Assembly (NCBI RefSeq): GCF_018350175.1
Contig: NC_058368.1
Location: 201,874,001-201,938,000, forward strand
DNA: 64,000 bases
From: Felis catus
Lineage: Eukaryota
Direction: 5' to 3'
Each line of letters begins with the position of its first letter. Position 1 is the first letter of the stretch. Shown in pieces: positions 48,986 to 62,399 of the stretch. The notes beneath the pieces were generated by a model. It worked only from the letters and a program-made list of their open reading frames with translations, was not told the DNA's origin and made no database searches. A program made the position numbers and the translations under genes.

Positions 48986-50253
48986 GAGGCCTAAGAACCG
49001 TTAATCTTTAGAACACTGGAATTCCTATGAAAAACATAGATGTTGTGAGTAGATTTGTTACAGCCATGTTATCACTCAGGGCAGATCAGCCTACAGAAAT
49101 CTATCAGCTGTAAGGACCTGGATTAAATTTAAGAGACCTATCATTAACATAGAGTAATATTTGACCCTGCTTGAGGGCCAGGATGTACGGGCACAACAGA
49201 ATCACATTTGGAGCTCTAAAAAATTGCCCTGGCCCCACTTTGGCCCAGTTAAATCTGAATCACCACCTGATTGCGTCTAGAATAGTAGTATAAAGAAATA
49301 GTCATTCTGATATGTAGCAAGGGTTAAGAACTAGCATCTGAAAGAGGCATTATGTGAAACAGCTGTTCCAAACAGGCATTTCCCAGACTTTGAATTCAGA
49401 AGAAGAGACAAGGCAAAGCAACAAACAATCGAGCCAAAGGTATCAAAGAGCCATGAGATAAAACAGGCCATCAACCTAAATTAATTCAGCTATCTGGGTA
49501 ATATCGGTTGGAGCAAAATTTCACTTAAACAAATTCCAGTTAGCCAAATAAAATGAAAATATTGAGTATCCTTTTATAGAATCCATATTGTGTTTTCTGA
49601 ATGATTTGAGAGAGGCTGGAAAAATTAGATCTGAAGTACATTCATTTGCTCAATGGGCAAAGGTTTTGTTTTATTTTATTTACGTAATGTGAAATGTTTG
49701 GCCACCTGGAGTAGTGCCTGAAAGTGGATGTAAAATGGAAAATGTAGTCAGTGAGACTGATTAATAACCATGGGCAGAAAAATAGGCCAAGTGGAAAAAC
49801 TTATTCATGTAATTGCTTCATTTTGCTGACTGCAAAAGGATTTGTTTTGGAAGTGATTTCAGCTATTTAACTCGGTAGATTGATAGATCATATAAAGGTC
49901 CTATAATTTGATATTACACAATTTTGTTCATTACATGAAATTAGTTTGACCCAGAAGATGCATGCCACATTTTGTATCTACCTTATAAGATTTGTCTTGA
50001 GCAAATAGTTATTGTACAACATAAACAGTCTTTGTGAAAGGATGTTAGCAGAGGACTAAACTTTACAAAGTTAGAGGATTTCATAAAAATTACAGACTTA
50101 GAATGATCAAATTTAAAAAAGACAAGCCTCGGTTTTCTTCATTTATACACAAAAGTGGGAAATGACAAAAATGGCTCATAATTTTATTTAGTTAATAGCT
50201 CAGGCTGACATAAAAATATAATTCATGCACTTGGTAAAAGAAATCCAAGAATT

Positions 50254-50447
50254 GGGGCGCCTGCGTGGCTCAGTTGGTTAAGCATCTGGCTTTGGCTCAC
50301 GTCATGATCTCACGGTTTATGAGTTCAAGCCCTGCGTCAGGCTCTGTGCTGACAGCCTGGAGCCTGCTTCAGATTCTGTGTCTCCTTCTCTCTCTGCCCC
50401 TCCCCGGCTTGTGCTCTCTCTCTCTCAAAAATAAACATTAAAAAAAA
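50254..50447 (+). mobile_element. CanSINE
   Basis: Head/tail; TSD aaatccaagaa. Confidence 0.92.
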
Positions 50448-50465
50448 TTTTTTTTTAAATCCAAG

Positions 50466-50645
50466 AAAGAGAGAGAGAGTGCAAGAGAAGGGAGGAGCAG
50501 AGAGATAGGGAGAGAAAGAAACGCATGTACAATCTGCACTGTCCACACAGAGACTGATGCAGGGATGATCCCACGAACCGTGAGATCACAACCTGAGCTG
50601 AAATCAAGAGTCTGACATTTAACCCACTGAGCCACCCAGGTGCCC
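50466..50645 (-). mobile_element. CanSINE lacking A tail
   Basis: Reverse head gagccacccaggtgccc and GA tract abutting previous SINE. Confidence 0.88.
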
Positions 50646-51109
50646 TGAAATATAACTTACTCTTTTGGAATTATACAAAAGGATGTTCGGAATCTAGGCT
50701 TTACATTTTTTCCCCAGCTTTATTGAGATATAATTAACAAATAACATTATCTAACTTTAAGGTACACATAATAATTTCATAGGCATATATATTATGAAAG
50801 CTTGGTTGAATTATTCAATTTATTTTCAAGATATTACTTTTAAAAACTGCACTGTATGAATGTTATAATTTATTTAAATAATCTTCTACCAGTAACATTA
50901 ATAACATATCTTGGCTTCTGTACTTTTTCAAGATTATCTCTGTGATAAATTCCTCAATGAAACTGCTGTGGAATATACGAATAATATTTTTTGTTGTGAC
51001 CAAATATGCTTCCAAAACAAGGCCCAAGTTTGTATTCCTGCCAATACCATGTCTATGGGATATGAGAATGTCTAATACTCACACACTTGCTAACAGTGAA
51101 TATTATTGC

Positions 51110-51332
51110 ATTTAAAAAAAATTTTTTTTCAACGTTTATTTATTTTTGGGACAGAGAGAGACAGAGCATGAACGGGGGAGGGGCAGAGAGAGAGGGAGAC
51201 ACAGAATCGGAAACAGGCTCCAGGCTCCGAGCCATCAGCCCAGAGCCCGACGCGGGGCTCGAATTCACGGACTGCGAGATCGTGACCTGGCTGAAGTCGG
51301 ACGCTTAACCGACTGTGCCACCCAGGCGCCCC
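51110..51332 (-). mobile_element. Young CanSINE (SINEC_Fc)
   Basis: CpG-rich body; TSD tattattgcattt. Confidence 0.95.
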
Positions 51333-51675
51333 TATTATTGCATTTTTTAAAGTTTAGCTCTTCTGATTGGACTGACTTTGGCCATCTCTTATTTCTCTTG
51401 GCCATTTGTGTTTCCTTCTCTATCTACTCATCTGCCTTGAATATTTTTTGACTGGATTTCTTTTCTGTCTCAGAGACTGGAAAAAATTAAAATGATTGGC
51501 TCTAGAGAAAATGAAGGAAAGAAACTCAAAAATACAGTTCTGTACAATATTTTGAAGGACAGTTAGTCCCAATATCTTGAAATTTGAATTGTTACAAATC
51601 TTTGATCTAGCAATTCTCTTTCTAGTAATTTTCCTACACAAATAACATAGAAAAAATTTTTGCAAAGATTACTTT

Positions 51676-51900
51676 AAAAAAAATTTTTTTTTTTAAATGT
51701 TTATTTATTTTTGACAGAGAGAGAGACAGAGCACGAGCAGGGGAGGGGCAGAGAGAGAGAGGGAGACACAGAATCTGAAGCAGGCTTCAGGCTCTGAGCT
51801 GTCAGCACAGAGCCTGATGCGGGGCTTGAACCCACAGACCAGGAGATCATGACCTGAGCCCAAGTCGGACGTCCAACAGACTGAGCCACCCAGGTGCCCC
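51676..51900 (-). mobile_element. CanSINE
   Basis: TSD caaagattacttt. Confidence 0.93.
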
Positions 51901-52048
51901 ATCAAAGATTACTTTTATAATGTTTATTTGTAATAGGAAAATTATAAGCAACTTAAATTCCCCTCCTGAGGCCTCAGTGAACACATTATGGTATATTACA
52001 TATATTATACAATGAAATGTACCTTGCTGTTTGAAAGAATAGATTAGG

Positions 52049-52275
52049 GGGGCGCCTGGGTGGCTCAGTTGGTTGAGCGTCGGACTTCAGCTCAGGTCAT
52101 GATCTCGTGGTTTGTGAGGTGGAGCCCCCGCGACAGGCTCTGTGCTGACAGCATAGAGCTTGGAGCCTGCTTCGAATTCTGTGTCTCCCTCTCTCTGTGC
52201 TCCTCCCCTGCTCATGCTCTGTCTGTCTGTCTCTCTCTCTTTCCTTAAAAAAAAAAAAATTAAAATTAAAAAAAT
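52049..52275 (+). mobile_element. CanSINE
   Basis: Head/tail; TSD aatagattag. Confidence 0.92.
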
Positions 52276-52287
52276 AATAATAGATTA

Positions 52288-52421
52288 GGGGTGCCTGGGT
52301 GGCCCAGTGGGTTAAGCATCCGACTCTTGGTTCGTGAGTTCAAGCCCCAATTCAGACTCTGTGCTGATGTTGCGGATCCTGCTTGGGATTCTCTCTTTCC
52401 CGCTCCCTCTGCTCCTCCTCT

Positions 52422-52473
<52 letters not shown>

Positions 52474-52500
52474 AATAAAGGAATAGACATAAAAAAAAAA
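52288..52500 (+). mobile_element. CanSINE with internal deletion and long (CT)n
   Basis: Lacks the caggtcatgatctc segment; followed by gaataggttag. Confidence 0.9.
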
Positions 52501-53889
52501 GAATAGGTTAGTTTATATTGTCAAGTGATGACATTTATTTTATGCTCTATACAACTAGAAAAATAGGTTATCCAAAATAATGTCTAGTATTTTTTTTTTG
52601 AAAAATAATTTTATCTATTTTATCCAAATGTTTGGATATTTCACATCTGTATGCTAACAGTGATTGTCTCTGGGATGTAGGACAGCTGGTAATTCTGGTA
52701 ATTTTTTTTCCCTTTTTCTTTGTACTTTTTAAAAATGATGAGTACATTTACTTTTATAATAAAAATAGTGGTTAAGTTTTTCCATTTTGAAAAATTAATT
52801 CTAATTGAAAAATATATCATTTTATTTGATACAACTGTACTTCTTATTCTTGGCACTTGTATAAGGTACGAGTGAAATCATACATTGTCAGATGTGTTTG
52901 GTTTCATGCTTGAAAATGAGTTTAGAGAGTACTACTACCCATGTTATGGGCTTGTCATCTGAGGCTTGGTATACAAGAAGGGTCGCATCAGCTTTAAGGA
53001 GAATAGTTTGACTCTTCGCACTGTGTTCTCTAGTCTTTATCATATTATATAGTAGCACCAGAATGCCATGACTATTTCCCAAACAATAAGAGAGAAAAAG
53101 ATCAAGGAAAGTGAGAAATAATGAAACTAGATTCAGTTAATACTCTGGGTTGTCAGCAGCCTTCACGAAAGATTTGTTTGTTGAAGAAGTTGAACCCATT
53201 AGCTTAAACAGAGATTAACTGCTGGCTCTAACAGAGCATGGACAATTACGAGTTTATTGGGAATTAATTGAAAAGAATGCAATGTTGTGAAATGGGAGGA
53301 GATGATTTCAAGGAAATTATACCAAGTGCTTTGAACCAACCAAGGATAAACAAATGCAAACTACCATTCGATCAAGTTTATTATAAATTGATAAAAATGG
53401 CTCAGAGTATGAGAACATAACATCGGAAAGAATTAGTGAATTCACAGACACAAAGAGCAAAGATGTAAAAATAGTGAGTGAATGGGTGAACCAATAACAT
53501 GGTTTCACAGGGGCTACCTATTCATTTATGAAGGCATTGTAATACTCAAAACATTGCCATCTCACCATTAAGAATTTAATTAACATAGGTTTATGTGCTT
53601 TCTTGTGTTTTGCTTCATTCTGTTTGGGTTTTGGTTTTTGTTTCTTTGATGCTGCCGATCTCACTGTAATACTGTTGCATATATAATTTAAAGAAAGCGT
53701 CAGTGCCAACTTAAGACAGCAGATGTCTTTTGTATTGCCAGAAAAATATTTTAAGGTATTTCAAATGTGAATACACTGAGGTCATCAAGCTGACATCATT
53801 CCACTTTGTTCTTTAACCATGTTTCACTCAAGATCCTAGAGAGAAAAAGAGTGAAAGCATATCAGAAGGTGGTAAACATCCTTGTAATA

Positions 53890-54130
53890 CTAACCAACGT
53901 CTATTAACTGCTCTCTAGGTGCTGGGAATCGTGCTAACCACTTCAGCAGATGATACTCCTCAACATCATCACATTATCCACATTATCACAATGCCTCCAG
54001 AAGTAGGAGTGGTGATTTAGTCCAATTTAGATATTGTAGGAACTAAAACTTAGAAAAGTTAAACAACTTACCCACATTTACAATGTGGTAGATGGAAGAG
54101 CTAGAATTTATATAGGAATTTTCCAGCTCC
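53890..54130. mobile_element. MIR fragment
   Basis: ccaatttagatattgtaggaactaaaacttagaaaagttaaacaacttaccca. Confidence 0.6.
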
Positions 54131-54339
54131 ACATCCAGTGCTGTGTTCGCTTAGGAATTCTGATGTATAATTTACCAGGACTCTTGGCTATTCGACTCTT
54201 GACATTGATTGTAGTTATACATATTTTCAGCATTTGAATTTTAAAGAAATAACGTTGATGTTTAATTTCAGTAGGATCAGGGAATTTCAAATTGAAAGGG
54301 AAACTATGTTTTTTTTAATTCCATTAGATTATATTAAAA

Positions 54340-54900
54340 AATTTCAGTGCTGGTGAGGATTCAGGGATATGAACATTATACATTGTTGGTGGAAATGTGA
54401 ATTGAAAACTTTTTGTAAAGTCATCTGGTAGTAATTATTATTATTATTTTTAAAGACAAATAACATGTTGACTTCGCAGTTCCATTTTTGGGACTTGAGC
54501 CTATGGAGATTAAAGAACCAGTGTGAAAGAATACATCTTCTGGAAAGTTAGAATGTTTATTGCTGCTTTTTTATGGCAGCAAAATATATGGGACCATGGT
54601 AAATTTCCATCAATAGGAGAATGATTACATTACTTGTAGAATTTAGTTATATGCACATATATACACTCATATACCCATACGCATATACACACATATACAT
54701 TATTTATATCTACATGTGAAAATTACACAGTTATGCAACAATTGTAACTTTTTGTTTCTTGACCTGGGGGAACATTCTTATGGTATAAAATGTAAAGCGA
54801 TTTGTTTATATGAGTTGAAGTGGCAAAGTCAAATTACATTTATAAAATTCATCACAGTTTTTATGAAGGGCAAAGATTTAACCATAAATTCCTTGAAGAT
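54340..54900 (+). mobile_element. Ancient L1 (L1ME-like) 3' fragment
   Basis: gtgctggtgaggat..cattgttggtggaaatgtgaattg, ccatcaataggagaatg. Confidence 0.65.
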
Positions 54901-55116
54901 TGCTAAATTCCTTGAAAATTGTTAACAAACCATGGTGAACCACTCTGCACAGCCTATTTTTGTGACCCCGGAGACTGGTTCCAATTTATCCTCCATTATA
55001 CCACTGATAGGGTCAGCCTGTGTTGAGGCAATTAAAGAACTCACGACCATTCATCCTTATTTTCACACCACTAGGTAACAAAGGTTGGAAAGTAAAGGAT
55101 TCTTTTACTCTGGAGT

Positions 55117-55322
55117 TCTTTTTTTTTTTCTCTTTCAAGTTTTTATTTAAATACCAGTTAGTTAACATACAGTGTAACATTAGTTTCAGGTGTGGAATCT
55201 AGGGATTTATCATTTACATTCATCACCCAGTGCTCATCCCAAGTACAGTCCTTCCTTCCCACCACCTATTGAACCCATCCCCCTGCCCACCTCCCTTCCA
55301 GTAACCCTCAGTTTATTCTAGT
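55117..55322 (-). mobile_element. Carnivore L1 3' end
   Basis: ccagttagttaacatacagtg, cacccagtgctcatc, gtaaccctcagttt. Confidence 0.85.
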
Positions 55323-55686
55323 CTGAAATTCTTAATAAAATTTCAAGGAAGCAGGAATGACAAATTATACTGTATTCATGTATTTATGTCTTCCTAGGAG
55401 AAATGGAAGAAATTCAAAAATATTAGAATTCTTAGATAGCAAAGACAGAAAACAGTGAGACTGGAATGGTCTGGAGCTTCGGGACTGGGCTGCAGAAAAC
55501 CCATATCTAAGCCTCAATAATCTAGATGTTCTGATTTGGGGCCTCCATGTCCAAGACTCCTGTTGGGAATTTATCAGCAGGCCACAGTTCTTTGACTTTG
55601 TTGGGTAATATTAGGAGAGACATTCTTTCTTGAGTGAAAGTGTTGGGGAATCTAGCAGAGATAGTCTTTCATACCTTTTGTTAATC

Positions 55687-55880
55687 TTTTTTTTTTTTTA
55701 AGTTTATTCATTTTTGAGAGACAAAGAGAGACAGAGCATGAGTCGGGGAGGGGCAGAGAGAGAGTGGGACAATCTGAAGGAGACTCCAGGCTCTGAGCTC
55801 TTAGCACAGACTCGAACTTATGGATCACGAGATCATGACCTGAGCTGAAGTTGGACGCCCACTGACTGAGCCACCCAGGA
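55687..55880 (-). mobile_element. CanSINE with internal deletion
   Basis: Reverse body and head remnant. Confidence 0.88.
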
Positions 55881-56261
55881 CTTTTCTAATCTTTTTTTTT
55901 GGTCTGCTTATATACAAAATTTTGATAACTTCCAGCATCCTCCTTGTTTTTAATTTTTGCTCAAAATTTTTGTGCTCATTGGAATGGAGAGCCTCTGAGC
56001 CTCTGATCTTCTTTGAGATCTGGGTCGGTAAATTTTGCATTCTATGCTTCCTTCTGACATATGAATTAGATTTTAAAGCTTTTTGTGGGTGTGAAACGAA
56101 AACAATTTTCCTCCATTCTTACGAAGAAAGATTAATTAGCCTTTATAGCGGTTTGTCTATTTTTAAGTGTTACTACTCTTCATTTCTTTTTCCCCCTCTC
56201 AGGAAATTTTGGCAGATTAATTGGGCACAGAAATTGGTCATTTAGCAAACATTCTAGAACA

Positions 56262-56425
56262 CTGGACTCAAAATGGTCCCCAGTCCAGCTTTACCAGCAT
56301 TACCTGGGAACTTAGAAATGCAACTTCCCAGACCTTTCCTACTGAAGCACATACTGCCCAGCAAGGGCCAAGAAATGTGCATTTTAATAAGCCTTCCAGG
56401 TGATTCTTATGCTCTTGCAATTCAA
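56262..56425. mobile_element. MER5A-type DNA transposon remnant
   Basis: cagcattacctgggaacttagaaatgcaa...ttttaataagccttccaggtgattcttatgc. Confidence 0.75.
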
Positions 56426-56491
56426 ATTACTGTTGTAGCAACAGCTAAGGAAGGCAACTTTACATGACTTGTAAAACAGAGAGTTCCAACT

Positions 56492-56561
56492 TTTATTTTA
56501 ATTTTTTATTTAATTTTTATTTTAAGAGAGAGAGAGGATGTGCCAGTAGGAGAGAGGGCCA

Positions 56562-56623
<62 letters not shown>

Positions 56624-56799
56624 CCCAAGCAGGCTCTGTGCCCAATGCAGAGCCTGGCTCGATGGGGGGTTCAACAGGGGTGGGGAGCTCCTCGGAAAGC
56701 TTGACTCAGGGCTTGATCCCATGACCCTGGGATGACCCTGGATGACCTGAGCCAAAACCAAGTGTCAGATGCTTAATCAACTAAGCCACCCAGGCACCC
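56492..56799 (-). mobile_element. CanSINE with internal insertion and long (GA)n
   Basis: TSD gagagttc(c/t)aactttt; extra ~50 bp in body. Confidence 0.9.
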
Positions 56800-56938
56800 T
56801 GGAGAGTTCTAACTTTTGAGAGGGTTTTGCTTAATTTGCCAAAACCAAACATAAGTGAGCCTAAATACAATTTGTAGTGGAAATTGTTGCTTTTGATTAA
56901 TCTGGAGTTGCATGCCCGTCTGAAAACTCTAGAATTTC

Positions 56939-57167
56939 TTTTTTTTTTTTTTAATTTTTTTTTTCAACGTTTATTTATTTTTGGGACAGAGAGAGACAAA
57001 GCATGAACGGGGGAGGGACAGAGAGAGAGGGAGACACAGAATCGGAAACAGGCTCCAGGCTCTGAGCCATCAGCCCAGAGCCTGACGCGGGGCTCGAACT
57101 CACGGACCGCGAGATCGTGACCTGGCTGAAGTCGGACGCTTAACCAACTGCGCCACCCAGGCGCCCC
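56939..57167 (-). mobile_element. Young CanSINE (SINEC_Fc)
   Basis: CpG-rich, long T tract; TSD tagaatttc. Confidence 0.95.
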
Positions 57168-57729
57168 TAGAATTTCAAGTGTGCAAATTTTTCTCTCCTC
57201 ACACAAAAAATACAAGAACCAAAAAACCCAAAAACCAGGAAAATCTCACAGTTATATAAAAAGTGAGTCACAAGAAGATGCAAGAAATGTTCTGTATGCC
57301 AACTATGAGGTATTAACCTCAATAATTATGTCCCTAACTTGACCCACAATCTGACTGGATGAGGACTATAAATAAACAGCACATAAAAGCATATAATAAA
57401 ATAGGGAGAAAATCATTGCTGGCCCAGAATTTAATAATGACCTCCTGTTGTATGATATAACTATTTTTTGAACAAATTCTAATATATATATTTTACTATG
57501 TCTAGAGAAAATGAAAGACGTGAGTTAAACAAGTCTTGAATTTAATAGAGCTGTTTTCATTTGCTTACTTACATAAACACAGGTGATTTGCTGAACTGAG
57601 TTCAGAAGAACAAAAATTTTGAGGTTTAATTCTGAGTTGAATTAATGAATTTGGTTGCTACGCTAAAGGATAAGAAACAAGGAAAGGCAGGTGCCTGAGA
57701 AGAGCCACAAAATTCTAAAGACTTTGTTA

Positions 57730-57983
57730 TTTTATTTTATTTTATTTTATTTTATTTTATTTTATTTTATTTTATTTTATTTTATTTTAAAGTTTATTTT
57801 GAGAGACAGAGACAGAGAGTGTGCCTATCGAGGAGTGGCAGAGAGGGAGACAGAGAATCCCAAGCAGGATCCACACCATCAGTGCAGAGCCCAATGCAGG
57901 GCTTGATCTCACAAGCCTGAGATCATGACCTAAACCAAAATCACGAGTTAGACACTCAACCAACTGAGCCACCCAGGCATCCC
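57730..57983 (-). mobile_element. CanSINE with (ATTTT)n tail
   Basis: TSD gactttgtta; pentanucleotide tail. Confidence 0.92.
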
Positions 57984-58787
57984 ATGACTTTGTTACTTTA
58001 AAACAAAATTTGAAAGATTTTTCTATTTGATTAAAATAAAGTTCAGTAAGATTCCTAATAAGGGGAAATCCTTGGATAAATGTATATGGTTTAATAATTT
58101 TGGTTTAAATAAATTATGTTTTCTTCCAGACTTTATCACAATGTTAGAATTAATGTAAGCATATTTTTTTTCTAATTTATAAAATACCCTAATTAATCAG
58201 TGCTCTCAAAGTGTCCCACACTGGCTTTATGGTTCAATTAAATTGAATTATAATAACTACTGTCTTTTAAGAGATTTTGTTCCTGTAACTTGAGACAGGG
58301 CTACAAATCATTATACTGTGTAGGTAAAATCACTCTTACCTTGTTGGGGGACAACTTTTCAAATTTAATATTTGACAAAATTTTCATATAAATTTTTGTT
58401 TCTATGTAATATGTCAGCTTCCATGGAATTTTGTTATACTAGTTAACTTTGAGAACTTTGATAAATACTATACTGAGATCATTAAGAAATAATCTCTGTA
58501 TATGCAAGCAAAACCTTTAACATATCCATGCCCCTTATTTTTATACATTATAGAATGACTATCAGATAAGAAAGTGAACAGTATGTACAAATACCTTTAG
58601 CACCTATTATTACATATGTTCGTTCTTTAATTCTTTAAGAATTTAAGTCCATGTGAATGTATGGAAAAGTGCATGCAAGATCTTAATATGTTCTGTTTAT
58701 CAGGGCAAAATGGGAGTAATTTTTTCTAAAAGCAAAATGGTTATTGTTGTGCCAGAATATGCAATTAGACTTTAGAATACAAATTTA

Positions 58788-58983
58788 GGGAGTGCCAGGG
58801 TGGCTCAGTCTGTTAAGCATCCGATGTTGACTCAGGTCATGATCTCACAGTTCATGAGTTCAAGCCCTGCATCGGGCTCTGCACTGGCAGCCCAAAGCCT
58901 GCTTGGGATTCCGTCCCTCTCTCTCCCTTTCTCTGCCCCTCCCCCACTTTCTCTCTTTCACTCTCTAAATAAATAAATAAATA
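58788..58983 (+). mobile_element. CanSINE
   Basis: TSD agaataca(a/g)attt. Confidence 0.9.
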
Positions 58984-59557
58984 AGAATACAGATTTGGGG
59001 GGTGTGTAATAATTATAGAATATCTGAGGGAGATAAACTTTACTTACTATAGTTTATAATACCTGTAAAAAATGAGTTTAAATGAGCAATAAAATATTTA
59101 TAATTTTCGCGGTAAGTTGATCCAATATTAATGAGTTTATGTATAAAACATAAAAAAGGCTTTTGAACCTTTTACTGCAATTTCTTATAGAGATCTAAAA
59201 AAAGCAATAGTTTTGGGTTTTCTTTTTGATAAAATGATAAATCAACCTTTATATACCAGCCTGCTGTTAGTAAAAGTAGTAAAAAATTATTCTCTTCCAG
59301 ATAGTGAAGGATTTTCATTTAGTCATGGTACTTATAATGTTTTTGCTTTTGCTATAAATTTGAATAGCTCTTTAATCAAGTATTCTACACTTTTAATAAT
59401 CAGTTTATCTTATTGTATCTGATGATCAGGGTTTCTTATTGCTATGCTTATTTTATGCTTCTATCATCCATTGTCCTTAGGGACTTATAACTTATGTTCA
59501 TATTTCTATCCTCTGATACTTCTTTTGAAATCTATTATTTTTCCTCCAGGTTTAGAA

Positions 59558-59764
59558 TTTTTTGGAGTTTATTTATTTATTTTTGAGAGAGTAAGCATGA
59601 AAGGGAGAGTGGAAGAGAGAGAGGGAGAGAGAGAATCAGAAGCAGGCTCCATGCACTGTCAGTGTAGAGCCCAATGTGGGGCTTGACCCCACAAACCATG
59701 AGATCATGACTGGAGCTGAAACCAAGAGTTTGTCGCTTAACCAACTGAGCCAGTCAGGTGCCCC
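59558..59764 (-). mobile_element. CanSINE
   Basis: Reverse body; degenerate TSD ending aggtttaga. Confidence 0.9.
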
Positions 59765-60519
59765 ATTTTTTCCTTAGGTTTAGAGTCTTAGACAGCAAGC
59801 CTGAGTCAAGACAGTTATGGCTTCTTGACCAACTAAAAATCTAATTACTTTTTCAGAACACTAGAGCAATTAGTTTGAAATCATAAGTATGCTTAACATG
59901 CACCATGTACTTTGTTTTCTAGTGTTTTTTTACAGTGTCCTGCCAGATTAGAAATAGTCCTTCTGGAGTCAATTCTTTCACACGCGTAGCAGTATTGCCA
60001 TCTGAGGGAATAGGGATTATCCTCTAAATCCTTTCAAGAAATGTTAAATGTTAAATATGCATTTTTGTGGTAAAATAGTCAGGTTTCTGTATAAGAGTGA
60101 GATAGAGAATGGTGAACCAGCTTTAAACATCAACATGACCATCCTCTCTTATATCATTTTTAGTCATTCTAAAGAGGAGTTTAGAAAGCCTTAATTATAG
60201 GTAAATAGAGTGTTGCACTTAATATAAATATAGAAAAATTTCCTGTATCCACTATACAAGTAACTACTAACTTCTAGATTGGTTTGTCATCATATAGATT
60301 ATTTTCTACCATTAAATAGAAAATAAACATTTTAAAGTCAGAATATTATGTCCTGGGTTCTGAAAGACATCAACAAAAATACCTCTGGGTTGACAGGTTT
60401 ATAATTGATTTGGAAATTTAAAATTTTTAGATTAATATACCAAAGGTATAAGTTAGTTACAATGGTCAAACATATAACTTTACTGTTAATAAAACCTTCT
60501 TTTTAATGGAAGATAACAG

Positions 60520-60690
60520 TTTTTAAATATTTATTTATTTATTTTGAAAGAGTGAGGGAGAGAGAGAATCCCAAGCAGGCCCCAGGCTGTCAGCACAGAA
60601 CTCAACATGGGGGCTCAATCCCATGAATGGTGAGATCATGACCTGAGCCAAAACAGTCAACACTTAACCGACTGAGCCACCCAGATGCCC
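60520..60690 (-). mobile_element. CanSINE
   Basis: Reverse head and body. Confidence 0.88.
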
Positions 60691-62179
60691 TTAAAAACGT
60701 TTATTTTAAATGAGAGTATAGTTATTTGTATTGCTTCAATAAGAATCTGTCCTCTTTTCTACCATCATATGATGGGAAAAATAAAAGTTTAACATAATCA
60801 GGCTGCAAATTACACTCAAGTAGATGAGACAAATTCAGTAATAAAAACAACTCTTTGTTTTGCATATAGAGTGATGCCTATAGCATGCTTCGGGAAACTC
60901 ACCTGGTACTTGCCCTGATGGACTAGGGAACCTCAGCTCTATAGGTGGGAAAGAATGTCACTTTTTGGCAGGGTGTGGATTCTGAGAAATCTGAGTATCT
61001 TTTGGGAAAAGGGCAGCCTTACAATTACAGGTACTGTTAATTGGGTGGAGGTGAACTGGGTGGTATAGTCTGCTCTCAACTGAGCTAATAATCACATAGA
61101 AATAAATTAAAACCAGAAAGACTTTATAAACCTACAACCAGAAGTGAAATCTTGGGTCTTAGTATCGTATTGTTTCATTAAGAAAAATTACAAGGAGGTA
61201 ATTATATGTGAATCAACATTTCTCATTATATTTACACAAATAAAATGGGTCAAAGTAAAATATGAAATCAATAATAACAACTGAGAAAATTGCTAAGCAA
61301 ATGTAGGCAGACAAATGTGTCCTATGGGGGGCAGGGAATCATGACCACAGGAAGGACTGCAAAAACAGAAAGTGACACCTGGCACTGTCACCCGTGTAAG
61401 CATGTGCCCCATGTCTCACCACTAACGAAAGAAAAAAATATCCCTCAACATTCCACTCTTACATAAATAAAAACTAAAAGAATCTCTCTGCCTAGTTCTG
61501 TCCTCCAAATGAAACCTTGAGTATTCCCTGCAAGCTGCTAACTCCTAAGTGAAAATGACTTTATCCTTGACGTTCGCAATGCTGTTGTCTGAAGATAGGT
61601 TATGAACTTGGTGAATATGGTAACCACGATAAAATTGCTGTCTTCCACCATGAACAGACTGATGAGAACTTGAGCTTTCATAATACTGTTTGTTTGTTTA
61701 AAAATACTTGTCCTATTTTTTAATTTGTTGGGCCAGTTCTTCTGAAGTCTGACTTCCTCACATTTCTTTGCGAGTTAATGCTGCCTTCTATTTTTTTCCT
61801 ACAGACTTTTGTTTCTGAGCCTTCCTTTCATGTTCCATACACACAAATCAGCAGGTGATGGAACCTGCAGCTAAATTTGGGGTTTTATGCTTCACTGTTC
61901 CCTTTCAGTGGAAAAGAATATTTTTGTTCTAGCCTTCTTTACAAAAGACCTGAAATTCACCCTGAACCAATACATGCCCTTTCTATTTACCTTTGGCAAG
62001 GATTTAAATATTTCTAGCTCAGTGTTTTAAGACTCAATATTAGTTTACCCTACTGCTAATCTTGACTTAAGCTATGTTCTTGTGTTGTCTTATGCTCTTA
62101 TAATTGATTCAGTGATTTAGTAATAGCCTTAAGTTCTCAACAACTTAGGCGATGTGTTAGTCTTGCTATCTCTCTCTGT

Positions 62180-62399
62180 CTCTTTTTTTTAATGTTTATT
62201 TCCTTTTGAGAGAGAGGGAGAGAGACAGAGTGCAAGCAGGGGAGGAGCACAGAGAGAGATGGAGACACAGAATCTGAAGCAGACTCCGGGCTCTGAGCTG
62301 TCAGCACACAGCCCAACGCGGGGCTTGAACTCACAAGCCATGAGATCATGTCCTGAGCCAAAGTCGGACACTCAACTGACCGAGCCACCCAGGCACCCC
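62180..62399 (-). mobile_element. CanSINE
   Basis: TSD gtcttgctatctct. Confidence 0.92.

Larger units (their letters stand above)
55400..62170 (+). mobile_element. Probable decayed ERV1 (MER4/MER34-group) internal region, with several SINE insertions
   Basis: Long AT-rich tract typical of non-autonomous ERV1 internals; motif aaagaatgtcactttttggcagg...tacaggtactg at ~60950-61037; boundaries uncertain. Confidence 0.4.
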
